Shown here: positions 1-10,620 of the stretch, in pieces
Numbering within the stretch: the stretch's first letter is position 1
Layout of the letters: each line of letters begins with the position of its first letter
DNA from: Eledone cirrhosa
Lineage: Eukaryota
Direction: 5' to 3'
DNA length: 64,000 bases
Assembly (NCBI GenBank): GCA_964016885.1
Contig: OZ024743.1
Span: 317,812,001-317,876,000, forward strand
The notes under the pieces: model-generated
Seen by the model: only the letters and a program-made list of their open reading frames with translations
Database searches by the model: none
What the model was told of the DNA's origin: nothing
Program-made: the position numbers and the translations under genes

Positions 1-101
1 CTATTCCCAGTAAATGTTTTGGTTGCCGACTCTGTGCAAGACATTTTAGATCATTGGCTGGGCTAAAAAGCCCCATTCGATCGCAGCACTGTTAATTGTT
101 A

Positions 102-103
<2 letters not shown>

Positions 104-186
<83 letters not shown>

Positions 187-206
187 TGTGTACATATAGA
201 TATGTA

Positions 207-251
<45 letters not shown>

Positions 252-462
252 CGTAAAATAAGAAAATATCTTTAAAAAAAAAAATTTTTTTTTAATTTTT
301 TACTTACTTAAATTTTCACTCCAACTAATTAGTTTCTTTTATATTATTGTTCTGCATTCTCCTGCATTGAACCACCTAGGTACTATGACATAACCTGTGT
401 ATTTGCTAGCATGGGCGTGCATCTGTGCGCTTATGTTAGTTATATTAAATTATCTATATATA

Positions 463-518
<56 letters not shown>
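104..518. repeat. (GT)n and (TA)n microsatellites (representative of dozens in the window)
   Basis: Directly visible dinucleotide runs. Confidence 0.95.
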
Positions 519-522
<4 letters not shown>

Positions 523-679
523 AAAGAATAGAGGTGTAACACACAAGTTATTATATATTGGTAAACGGAATAGAAAATGCTGACAAATTGTTCACAGTTG
601 AAAAATGGTTTAATTAGGAATAAAAGAGTATTAGTGATTGTATGGGTTAGTATTCAGTTGTGGTTTTAAGTTTTTAAGC

Positions 680-716
680 TTTTACCGGTTGCGCATTTCT
701 AAATGCTTTTCAAAAA
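680..716 (-). ncRNA. Degenerate minimal hammerhead motif (U3-A8 core, GAAA->GCAA)
   Basis: Minus strand reads TTT-TTGAAAA-GCATTT-AG-AAATGC-GCAA-CCGG-TA-AAA; same layout as 42094-42129. Confidence 0.6.
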
Positions 717-1070
717 TAATTTTGAGATAGAGTGTTCGTGCTGTTTGCTCTGATCTGATTAGTTTTGGGAATTCTACCTGTTTTTATGTTAAAAAAGTGG
801 CTCCAGCGTTATTTTTGTGTTGCAAAAATGCTTGTGGTCAAAACAATTTTGATTGGTCGGTAGAGGTCATGTGAATGTAAAAAGTTGATTTTGCGCCAAG
901 ACTGTTTTTATGTTAAAATGTTAAAAAAGTGGCTCCAGCAAAAATTCTTGGTCAAAACAATTTTGATTGGTCGGTAGAGGTCATGTGGATAAAAAATTGG
1001 TTTTGCGCCAAGATTGAGAAATGACTCTTTCACAACAAATATGTGTGTGTGTGTGTATGTATGTGTGTGT

Positions 1071-1160
<90 letters not shown>

Positions 1161-1711
1161 AGTAGTAGTAGTAGTAAGGTGTTCGATGCGGCGACAATGG
1201 CCAGCAGCGATGTGTGTCAAATGGCTATTAAGATAAGTGCGTGTGTGTGAGTGTGTGTGTGTGTGTGTATATAGCAGAGTCATTCGAAGGTCAAAAGATA
1301 TTTTTCAGCTTTTGTCTTATACGGAGAAGTGCGTGTGTGTGTGTGTGTGTATAAGTCTCTTTGTATGTTGATGTACGCGTGTGTATGTGTTTGTGTATAT
1401 ATGTGTGCGTGTGTGCGTGTGTGTGTGGGTGGACCAGTATTTTTTCCCCCTGGTAAAATGGTGTACATTATTCGATTTTTTCAGTAAAATCGGTTCTCTT
1501 AATAGAACATCAAAAATCTTAACAATAAAAGGTGTGAAATGATATTCACTATATATATATACACACATACATATATTCACTACATATATATATATATATA
1601 TACACATATATACATACATATATATGCACATATATTTTTTTGTATATATGTGGGTAGAGATGTGTGCTGATGTAGGTATGTATGTTGACGTGTGTATGTT
1701 GTGGGTTCTTC

Positions 1712-2570
1712 TTAGGGAGAAGTGTTTAGACGGGGTCCGTATTTGTTAATGAAGTAAGATTCCTTGCTGATGCGCTGGGTGTGGGTGGCATTATCTTTAA
1801 ATTTGTAGAGGGGAAAGATTCTGAAGTTGGGATGATTTTGGGCGGCACAGGTATCAATGTGTTCACTCAGTGGTATTTTCCTGTATTCCCGTATTTTAAT
1901 TTGGGATCTATGGACAGTCATGCGTTGGCGGAGGCTGTTTTTGGTCTGGCCTATGTATTGTTCTCGACAACCTGAACAAGTTAATACATATATTAGATTT
2001 TCCGATGCACATGTGAAATTGTGTTTTACTATAAAACGTTGTCCATCTTTGAAATAGAATTCCGAACCCTCTATTAGGTTGATGCAAATGCCACAGTTGG
2101 GTCTATCGCATTTTTTTACTGTGGGTTTCGTTGTTGTGGTTGGCAGTACTTTGGCATGTGTTAAGATGTTTTTCATTGACTTGGATTGTCTTTTGCTCTT
2201 TATGATATCGTGTGTTCGTAGAATTTGGTTCATTCTATGGTCCTTTTTCAATACAGGGATGTTCTGGAGGATGGTGTCAAAGGCCTCATTGTTGAGGGGG
2301 TTGTGTGTGGAGATGTATGGAAGAGCTTTTAGTTTTGGTTGATTTACTTTAGGATGTCTAAGGTCCTGGGTACTGAGTTTTAGGGCACGTTGGATTCCAT
2401 TGTCAATTAGTGATGCAGGGTAGTCCCTGCCTATGAGTGTGTCCTTTAGTTCTTGTAGCCGTAAGTAGCAGATGTTTTTATTGGAGACTATAGTACAGAT
2501 TCTCTTGGCTAAGTTGTAGGGAATATTAATTTTAACGTGTCTAGGGTGGCAAGAGTTGAAGGGGAGGTAT
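1712..2570 (-). pseudogene. PLE RT thumb + GIY-YIG endonuclease fragment
   Basis: ORF track 1712..2251, with the frame open upstream to the inversion junction near 2570. Confidence 0.85.
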
Positions 2571-2764
2571 TAACCGGTAAAAACTTAAAAACTTAAAACC
2601 ACAACTGAATACTAACCCATACAATCACTAATACTCTTTTATTCCTAATTAAACCATTTTTCAACTGTGAACAATTTGTCAGCATTTTCTATTCCGTTTA
2701 CCAATATATATATATATATATATAATATATTAATAAATGGAAACTATATTTATAAAACCATATT

Positions 2765-2830
2765 TATTTTATTATACATATTTCAAGGGCAACCAAGGCA
2801 AATTATGGTGCGCTTTCATCAGATAAAATA
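2765..2830 (-). ncRNA. Type I hammerhead ribozyme (inverted copy)
   Basis: Reverse complement of 3158-3223 with one substitution that improves stem II (ACCA/TGGT). Confidence 0.8.
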
Positions 2831-3157
2831 CAGATTTGTTTTATAAATAAATATTGACATACCCGGAAAAAAGACAACCTTAACGGTTGGAACTTCCTGG
2901 ATAGTGGAGATATTACATTTATTGAAGGTAATACAAAGTTATGAGTGAGTATGCAAATGAGTGTCCGAAAGGTTTAAAAGATGACGGTTTATTTAAATTA
3001 AACTGTTGGAAGAAGATGATAAGTAAGGGAGAGAGAAAAAAAGAAAAAAAGAAAAAAAGAACAAAGAAAAGAGAAAGATAGAAGAGGAAAGAAAGAACGA
3101 TTATACATATTGATAGTTTTTCCGGGTATGTCAATATTTATTTATAAAACAAATCTG

Positions 3158-3223
3158 TATTTTATCTGATGAAAGCGCACCATAATTTGCCTTTGTTGCC
3201 CTTGAAATATGTATAATAAAATA
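3158..3223 (+). ncRNA. Type I hammerhead ribozyme
   Basis: TATTTTAT-CTGATGA-AAGCGCAC..TGCCCTT-GAAA-TATGTA-TA-ATAAAATA; 8-bp stem I, AUA cleavage triplet. Confidence 0.8.
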
Positions 3224-3354
3224 AATATGGTTTTATAAATATAGTTTCCATTTATTAATATATTATGTATTTACTCCACTAACTTGTTGAGTGCTTTATA
3301 TCAGTTATAACAATTTTTAAGCTTGTTGAATCCCAACAAATTAAATATAACCTC

Positions 3355-3431
<77 letters not shown>

Positions 3432-3474
3432 GGAGAGAGAGAGAGAGAGTGAGAGAGAGAGAGAGAGAGAGATA

Positions 3475-4600
3475 GGTAAATATACACGGGTGTGTATGAT
3501 TGTGTATAGAAGATTATATTAATAAGAGGAATTCCAACTTTGTATGATTTACTCGTTTTATTTACAATCCTTTAAAATATATAATGGTATTATAATGAAA
3601 TAGTATGATAGAATATTAAATTCTAAGTGTTAATTGAACAAGTACTTTCATGCTTTCGCAATCTTCAGGTTCATAATATGTGGTGACAGTCAAGTTTGCA
3701 ATTTTCAACTGTAATAAGATGGGTAAATTTCCTACCTTTTATACATTTTATACAGAGAAAAGTGGCTCCAGAATGCTAAGCCCTGTAAACTGTATTTCGA
3801 CCAATCAGTGTGTAGTTTCACTGAATTACTAAAGCTGATTGGTTTAAGCGTCACGGCTGGTTGAGCATGTCTAACGACCAATAATCATATCCAAAGCATC
3901 AATTGTTTTGCTATTTTTAGAAATGATGAAAATAGCATTTTCTATTAATCATCACCCTCAACATCACTTTTATTATTATTATTATTATTGTTGTTGTTGT
4001 TGTTGTTGTTAGTGGTCGTAGTCATAGTGGTAGTAGAAATAATACCCCTAAGCGTTATTATTGTTCATTTAGCTTGGGTTTTAATTTATCAATAAAATTC
4101 TTTTCTTTGATTTTTCTCTTGATTTCACTTGGGCTGTGTAATTTGTAGAATGGGAATATTATAAATATTCCCTGACCACATGTTACCAGGTGGCCGCTTA
4201 GGGGTATCTGACGGACATTTGGGTCTCTGATTTGTTGACGGTGTACCCGTGCACGTTCCGATAGTGCATTTCCAGTTTGACCGACATATAGTTCTTCACA
4301 ATTCGGGCATTTAATGTAGTAAATTAGATTTCTGCTTTTGCAGTTCATATTTGCATTTGGGAATATTTTTCCAGTTTTTGTTTTCATTTATTGACCGGCG
4401 TGTATGGATTGACATGTGCCGCATCGACTATCATTGGATTTAGATACAGTGAATGATTGGTCTTTGTTGTTAAGGTCAAACTTTGCTTTTGTTAGTAATT
4501 ACTTCAAATTTTTTGGCTGTCTTTTACTAAGAGTCAAAGATCGATCTGTGATTAAGCCTTTTAATTCATTACTTTGATTCATTACTCCGTCAAAACTCCG
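3475..4600 (-). mobile_element. 5'-truncated Penelope-like element (Neptune-type), GIY-YIG end + pseudo-LTR
   Basis: ORF 4058..4387 (NLIYYIKCPNCEELYVGQTG..KLKPKLN); hammerhead downstream; boundaries approximate. Confidence 0.85.
3635..3673 (-). ncRNA. Minimal type I hammerhead ribozyme
   Basis: Minus strand TGAAC-CTGAAGA-TTGC-GAAA-GCAT-GAAA-GTAC-TT-GTTCA. Confidence 0.8.
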
Positions 4601-4646
4601 ATATGTCCAGCTCCTGGTTGGGTTGTTATTTCTCTGAGTAACTGGA

Positions 4647-4695
<49 letters not shown>

Positions 4696-4714
4696 ATTAT
4701 TATTATTATTGTTA

Positions 4715-7700
4715 TTGTTATTCCTTGAATCTCAGTCATTGATGTTGGTTAACTGGAAAGTCCGTTGGATTGAATATCAAGCCACTACCTGCAGCCTCAG
4801 ATATTCAGGACGTATCGGAGGGTTCTTGCTGTTCCAAGCAAGCATGCCTTTTGAAGCGTTCCAAAAAGCGTGAAGGGGCCGATTTTCTTTAACCATCCCT
4901 GGAAACCTTTGGAGATAGTCCCCAGTGCGCCTATGACAATCGGGATCACTTTGACTTCATGGCAGTTCCAAATCCTTTTCACCTCCCACTTTAGGTCCTG
5001 GTATCGGTTAATTTTCTCCCTCTCCTTCTCTTGCACTCTCGTGTCGAACGGGCAGGCCACATCCACAATCAGGCACGATCTTTTTTCTTTGTCCACAACC
5101 ACCAGGTCAGGTCTATTGTGTTCCAGTTTTTTGTCCGTCTGTATCCTAAAATCCCACAGCACCTTCACCTGACTGTTCTCCATCACCGCCTCTGGCCTAT
5201 GCTCATACCATTTCTCAGAATGTGGTAGATTGTTTACTTTGCACAGGTGCCAGTGGATCACCCTGCCCATCACATCGTGTCTCCAGCCCTTATAGTGGGT
5301 CTGGGCTAGGTGTTTACACTCGGACACAATGTGAGCCACAGTCTCCTCTCTCTCTCCACAGATCCTGCACAGTGGGCTAGCCTCCTCCTTGTAGATATGG
5401 TGCTTCAACCACTTCGTTTTGAGGGCCTGCTCCTGCGCAGCCATTAGCATTCCTTCTGTAGCCTTTTTGAGGTCTCCTCTTCTCAACCAGTTCCATGTCT
5501 GTGGATCTCTAAATTCAGTTTTCTCAAAGAAGGTACTATGAAGGGATTTTCCCTTAAGGCTGCTCTTCCTCCTTGATGTTATTTCCTCCTTGGATATCCC
5601 CTGGCCTACTGTCCCCTCCTTCAGTACAGCTCTGAGCATCGGCTCCTTACTATAGGTCACGTATTTGTATAGGTTGTTTTTCTCCATCTGAACACAGTCC
5701 TCTATGCTGATAAGACCTCTTCCACCCTCAGATCTCCTTAGGTAGAGTCTATCGACATCACTCCTCTTGTGGAACATGTTGTAGATAGTCAATAGCTTCC
5801 TAGTCTTCCTATCCATTTCTTTTTGTTCAGCAACATTCCATCTCAGAATTCCCGCACTGTACCTAATAATAGACACAGCTCGGGAATTTACTGCGCTTAT
5901 GGCATTTCTGCTGTTCAGATGTGACTTCAATACGCTCCTTACTCTCCGAATGTATTCAGTTCTTAACAATTCCTTCATTTTTTTGTTCTTTATGCCATCA
6001 GCCTCCAGAACGCCCAAATACTTGTATCCTTCCTCAGAGTCAATTTCCTTTATCATCTCACCTGTTGGTATCTGGATCCCGTTACTTCTGCTCAACCTAC
6101 CCCTCTTCATCACAATGACTCCACATTTACCAATACCAAACTGCATACATATATCACTGCTGAAAATACGGACAGTGTCAACAAGCACATCCAACTCCTT
6201 CTCACTTTTCCCGAAGAGCTTAAGATCGTCCATGAAGAGGAGGTGATTGATGGTAAGCTCTCCCCTTCCCAACTTGTATCCTGCTCTCACTTTTCGCAGC
6301 ATAATGGTCAAGGGCATCAGGGCAAGGACAAACAACAGAGGGGACAGGCTATCTCCCTGGAAGATACCTCTCTTGATCTTCACGCTTCCCAAGGATACTC
6401 CAGTTGATGTCAACTCTGTCTCCCAGGACCCCATACTCCTGCCCAGCAACTGTCTGATGTTATCTGCCACCCTGAAGATCTCCAGGCTTTTGGTGATCCA
6501 GGAATGAGGCACCATATCAAATGCCTTTCTGTAGTCTATCCATCACATGGCAAGATCAGTGTGTCTCCTCCTGCAATTCCCCATTACCATCTTATCAATA
6601 AGCAACTGGTCCTTTGTACCACGTGACTTCTTTCGGCATCCTTTCTGTTCGTCCGGTAACAAGTTGTTTGTGTGGAGGTGATGGTAGATTTCCTCAGACA
6701 CAATGCTCGTCAACAGTTTCCACATTACGGGCAGACATGTGATAGGTCTATAGTTGGTAACATCATTACCCTTGATTCGGTCTTTCATTATCAGAACTGT
6801 GGTACCTTTTGTCAACCACTCTGGCACCTCACCCGACACCAAGCAGTCATTGAACATGGCCGTCAGCTTCGGGTGGAGGGATGTTAAATGTTTAATCCAA
6901 TACCCCTGCACACCATCTGGGCCTGGTGATTTCCAGTTGGTTAGTTTTTTGGCTTGCCCCTTAAGAGTTTCAACTGTGATACTCAAATCAGTCTGTTGTT
7001 GTGCCTGCTCACCGATCTCCCTCTGTACTGTCTCAATCCACCCTGCCTGGGCATTGTGTCTAACATCCTGCTCCCATATTCCTCTCCAGAATGTTTTAGC
7101 TTGTTCCGCGCCAGGGATCAAGTCGTTGCCTCTTTCTTTCCCCTCAAGCTGTCCAAACAGCATCTTCTGGTTGTTGTCGAACATGCGGTTCTGTTTATAC
7201 TGACTGACTCTGTTCTCGTATCGCCTGATTTTGGCACTCTTTGCTACAATGCGTTGCTTCAATTCCTCTATGATAATATTTAGCTTTTTACTCCTAGTTT
7301 TGTATTTTATTTCCAGTCTATTTTTAGTGCCTATGTTTTTTAGTGTCCCATTCAGTAGTGACTCAAGCTTTCCTATGTCATTTCTCTTTTCCCCGATTTG
7401 CCCACTCAGTCGCTTCTTCCACCACGGCTCTGCTCTTTCTTGTCTGTTGTTTCCTCTCGCTTTTATACCAAGTAGTTTCCTCACCGTATTTGCTGTTGCT
7501 TTGAGGATATTGTTGCACTGGTGAAGACTCCTCGCCTCAAGGTATGGGATGACTTTGTTTACCTTAGCTGTTGTTTCTTTTAACTTTTTCCTGTCTACAA
7601 ATCTTAGGTTCATAGGTCTCCCACTATCATTGTTCAACTCATCTACCACTAAATTTAGGATGTCAACCGAATCTTGTCCTAGCCCGTCAGCATTCATCTC

Positions 7701-8330
7701 CTCAGTGGCCGTATCTCTGTTCCAGGTATTATTTATCTCAGTATTCAGATCATTGTCTGCTTCGGGTGGTTCCTCCGTTCTCAGGACCTCCTCACCTTCA
7801 TTTCCCGCCGGCTCGCTTGTCTGGCATACTACACCCGCCATCTCCAAGCCATTCTCTCTGCTCAGTTCCTCCAGTTCCAGCTCGCTTATCCACCCATTAG
7901 TTCTTATTACCCGAGCCTGCCCGGCCAATTTTTGTTCATCTAATTTAAATAAACCAATCTCGTTCCAGATGTTATGCATCCGTCTCCTGTAGCCCCTCTC
8001 CTTGGGGTTACTTTTCAGGTAGCATTGCATAACAGTTCTATTCAATTCTTTCGTCCAGTTGGTTCTGGCCCCTTTCCTTCTTCTTCTTCCTCCAACATCA
8101 GCAGTATTTGGTTGACAGTCAGGTTCCTGCTGCTGAGCCAGGGGGCACCTGTTGGGTGAGAGTCTGTCACATGACGTTCTAGTCTCCATTTCACCGTTAT
8201 TCGAACTGTTTATGTTCGATATTTAAACACTCTTATCGAGGATTGGCGAATGTATGTTTACATAGCCATCTGTGGATCCGCCATCCCACTTGGCCCTTGT
8301 GTGGCATTATCACCACGCTGTATACGAACA
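4715..8330 (-). mobile_element. Near full-length R4/Dong-like non-LTR retrotransposon (RT + CCHC + restriction-like endonuclease)
   Basis: RT motifs (NYRPITCL, GIFQGDSLSP, LFMDD), CRICG..ETVAHIVSEC, RHD, RPDLVV..DVACPFD; 3' end runs into (TAA)n. Confidence 0.92.
4797..8189 (-). pseudogene. R4-like single ORF interrupted by one in-frame TGA (6543-6545)
   Basis: ORFs 6543..8189 and 4797..6515 are in the same frame, reading DLAM*WIDYRKAFDMVPH. Confidence 0.9.
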
Positions 8331-9258
8331 CACATAAACAAACAAACACACGGGCAGAAAGGGCCCCAAAAATGAATAAGCATAAGTTTCATTGTAATGT
8401 AGTATTCGAGTGTCTGACTTAGTTTTTGTGTTTTAAGTTTTACTTTTTTCCCCCCTCTTCTCTGTCCGTCCGCCTGCTTCTCTCTTCATTCTTATTTTCT
8501 TTACGTTTTTGGGGGTTCTTTTTTTGTTTTTGTTTTTCTCTGTTCGTTTTTCTCGTTTTTTGCTGTTGTTGCTGTGCTGCTTTGGTTTTGTTGTTTGTTT
8601 TTTCTTTTTTCTTTTGAGTCTATCTATATATTTTGATGCCTTCCTCTTTGTTAGTAGTAGGAATTCTATAATGTGGAAGTGGCAGCCAGCAGAGACTGGC
8701 GGCGTTGGCGATACTGAGACAGTGGTGGTGGTGATGTCGATACCGAGGCAGTGGTGGCGGTGATGCGACCGTATTACTGTAGTGATGGTGCTGTAGCGGT
8801 GGCAGCAGCAGTGAAGGAGTCAAGGGGTGGTGGCGGCGGTGGTGGGATAGTGGTGGTAATGATGGCCGTAGTGAGCGGTGGCGGTGAAGGTGAAAATGCT
8901 GTTGTGTTTAGTGTACACAGATGATGGGGTGGGTGGTGTATCTAGTTTCTGGTGTTGGTGAGTTTAGCTGTCCTATATAGTGTAGCCAGAGGAGAGGAGG
9001 GGGGGGGGGGTTCTTCTTCTTCCATTTATAGCCATTTTTTTTTTTTGGATATACAGTGTACAATACAAAGTTGAATATTTGAATATTTGAGCCTTATAAC
9101 AATATATTTTGGGTCCGAATTTTTTGGGGCTCAAGCCGGGTGCTTTACGTAGCATTTGTACTAAGAGTTGTTATTTCACAAATGATTTAAATATGTTAAA
9201 AATTCAAAACTTACGGGAGCGATTTCATGACCTCCGTCACCTCGTGCGTCTTCTTCCC

Positions 9259-9355
<97 letters not shown>

Positions 9356-9730
9356 GTTATTATTTCCATTCTGAGTTCAAATCCCGCCGAGGTTAACTTT
9401 GGCTTTCATCCTTACGGGGTCGATAAAATAAAGTACCAGTAATGCACTGGGTAATTGCTGGCCTTGTGCCAAAAGTAGAAACAATTATTATTATTATTAT
9501 TGTTGTTATTATTATTGTCATTATGTTTTTTTTCGTGCAATGGTCATACTCGATAACGAGGGGGCAGCCATCATGTATGTATGTATGTATGTATGTATAT
9601 GTGTGTGTGTATATATATATACATACACACACGCACACATACATATACACACATACGCGCGCGCGCGCGCGCCTCATGCACACACACATATATATATACA
9701 TATATTATATTACATTATATTATTTATTTA

Positions 9731-9922
9731 AGGGCGGTGGATTGGCAGTATCCGTAGAGGGTCGGACACCATGCTTTGCAGCAAAGAGTTACGGCCCTTT
9801 ATGATCTGAGTTCAAATCTCGCTGAGGTTAAATTTGCCTTTCATCCTTACGGGGTCGATAAAATAAAGTACCAGTAATACACTGGGATAATATCTGGCCT
9901 TGTGCCAAAAGTAGAAACAATT
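9731..9922 (+). mobile_element. tRNA-derived SINE (abundant local family; partial copy at ~9366-9484)
   Basis: A-box-like TGGCAGTATCCGTAG, B-box GAGTTCAAATC, shared tail GCCTTTCATCCTTACGGGGTCGATAAAATAAAGTACCAGT; many copies in the window. Confidence 0.8.
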
Positions 9923-10234
9923 ATATTATTTATTTATTTATGTTCAAACACGAAACAAAAGCGCTAATTGAGGTTTCAAGACCCAATATTGACCATCTCC
10001 CCAGATTGTAAGAGGGATCAAATTTGTGACCTTGTCATCAGACGCTTGGACGAATTTGAAGAAACCATTAAAAAAATATAGCGTATTAAACGCTTCTTTA
10101 TGAAACAATATTTACATATTATTAACGTAGCGTAAAAAAGGGAAATAACACTAGACGTAAAATTAAAATGGCTATGTTCATGTTCGTGTATTAGTGTGTA
10201 CTCAATATAACTGGTGTATAGTATTATGTGGTAG

Positions 10235-10620
10235 TATGTAACAACAACCCTGAGTACCTTTTTGATTTCCATGTGTCTAAGACACGTGGGCTTGCCCACA
10301 AATCAGAAAACAGCACAGTTCCCATGACTTTCGGAAACATTTTTTCACGCTCAGAGTTGCTGAAGCATGGAACAAACTACCTGCATCAGTTGTTAGCTGT
10401 CGAGACACTGCATCCTTTAAAACCTCCATGCTTCCTGAAATTCGCCAACACTGCACCCAATAATCCCCCTCCATACACATGCACACATGTATATCATGAC
10501 TCATACACTATTCACTTCCCTGACATTTGTATATTATTCTATGTACTATACATGCACTTTTGATGAGTTGTTGTGCACCTGAGCAGTGTACACAATAATT
10601 TCATTATTATTATTATTATT
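10235..10620 (+). mobile_element. CR1-type LINE 3' fragment
   Basis: With one frameshift translates as KTRG..RKHFFTLRVAEAWNKLPASVV..SFK, typical of a CR1 ORF2 C-terminus; ends in (ATT)n. Confidence 0.75.

Larger units (their letters stand above)
519..2710 (-). mobile_element. 5'-truncated Penelope-like retroelement (Neptune-type) with inverted partial pseudo-LTR
   Basis: Open frame ~2570->1712 encodes RT thumb (SCHPRHVKINIPYNLAKRI), C-x4-C-x2-C linker and GIY-YIG endonuclease (LIYVLTC..CREQYIGQT); 552-690 is the reverse complement of 2572-2710; (TA)n on both sides. Confidence 0.9.
2722..3358 (+). mobile_element. Non-coding PLE pseudo-LTR unit with 150-bp inverted arms
   Basis: 2722-2871 is the reverse complement of 3117-3266; each arm holds a hammerhead; (TA)n on both sides. 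Confidence 0.7.

Noticed and set aside
6543-6545. TGA as Sec or programmed readthrough in the R4 ORF
   Set aside because: The position corresponds to a small non-Cys residue before WIDY; a simple nonsense mutation or sequencing error is more likely
8225-8325. HDV-like ribozyme in the R4 5' UTR
   Set aside because: Hairpins exist (TGGCGGAT/ATTCGCCA; GGCCA/TGGCT), but I could not build P3, L3, P1.1 and J4/2 in HDV order
9731-9922. tRNA genes at A/B-box sites
   Set aside because: No cloverleaf; the boxes are heads of multi-copy SINEs
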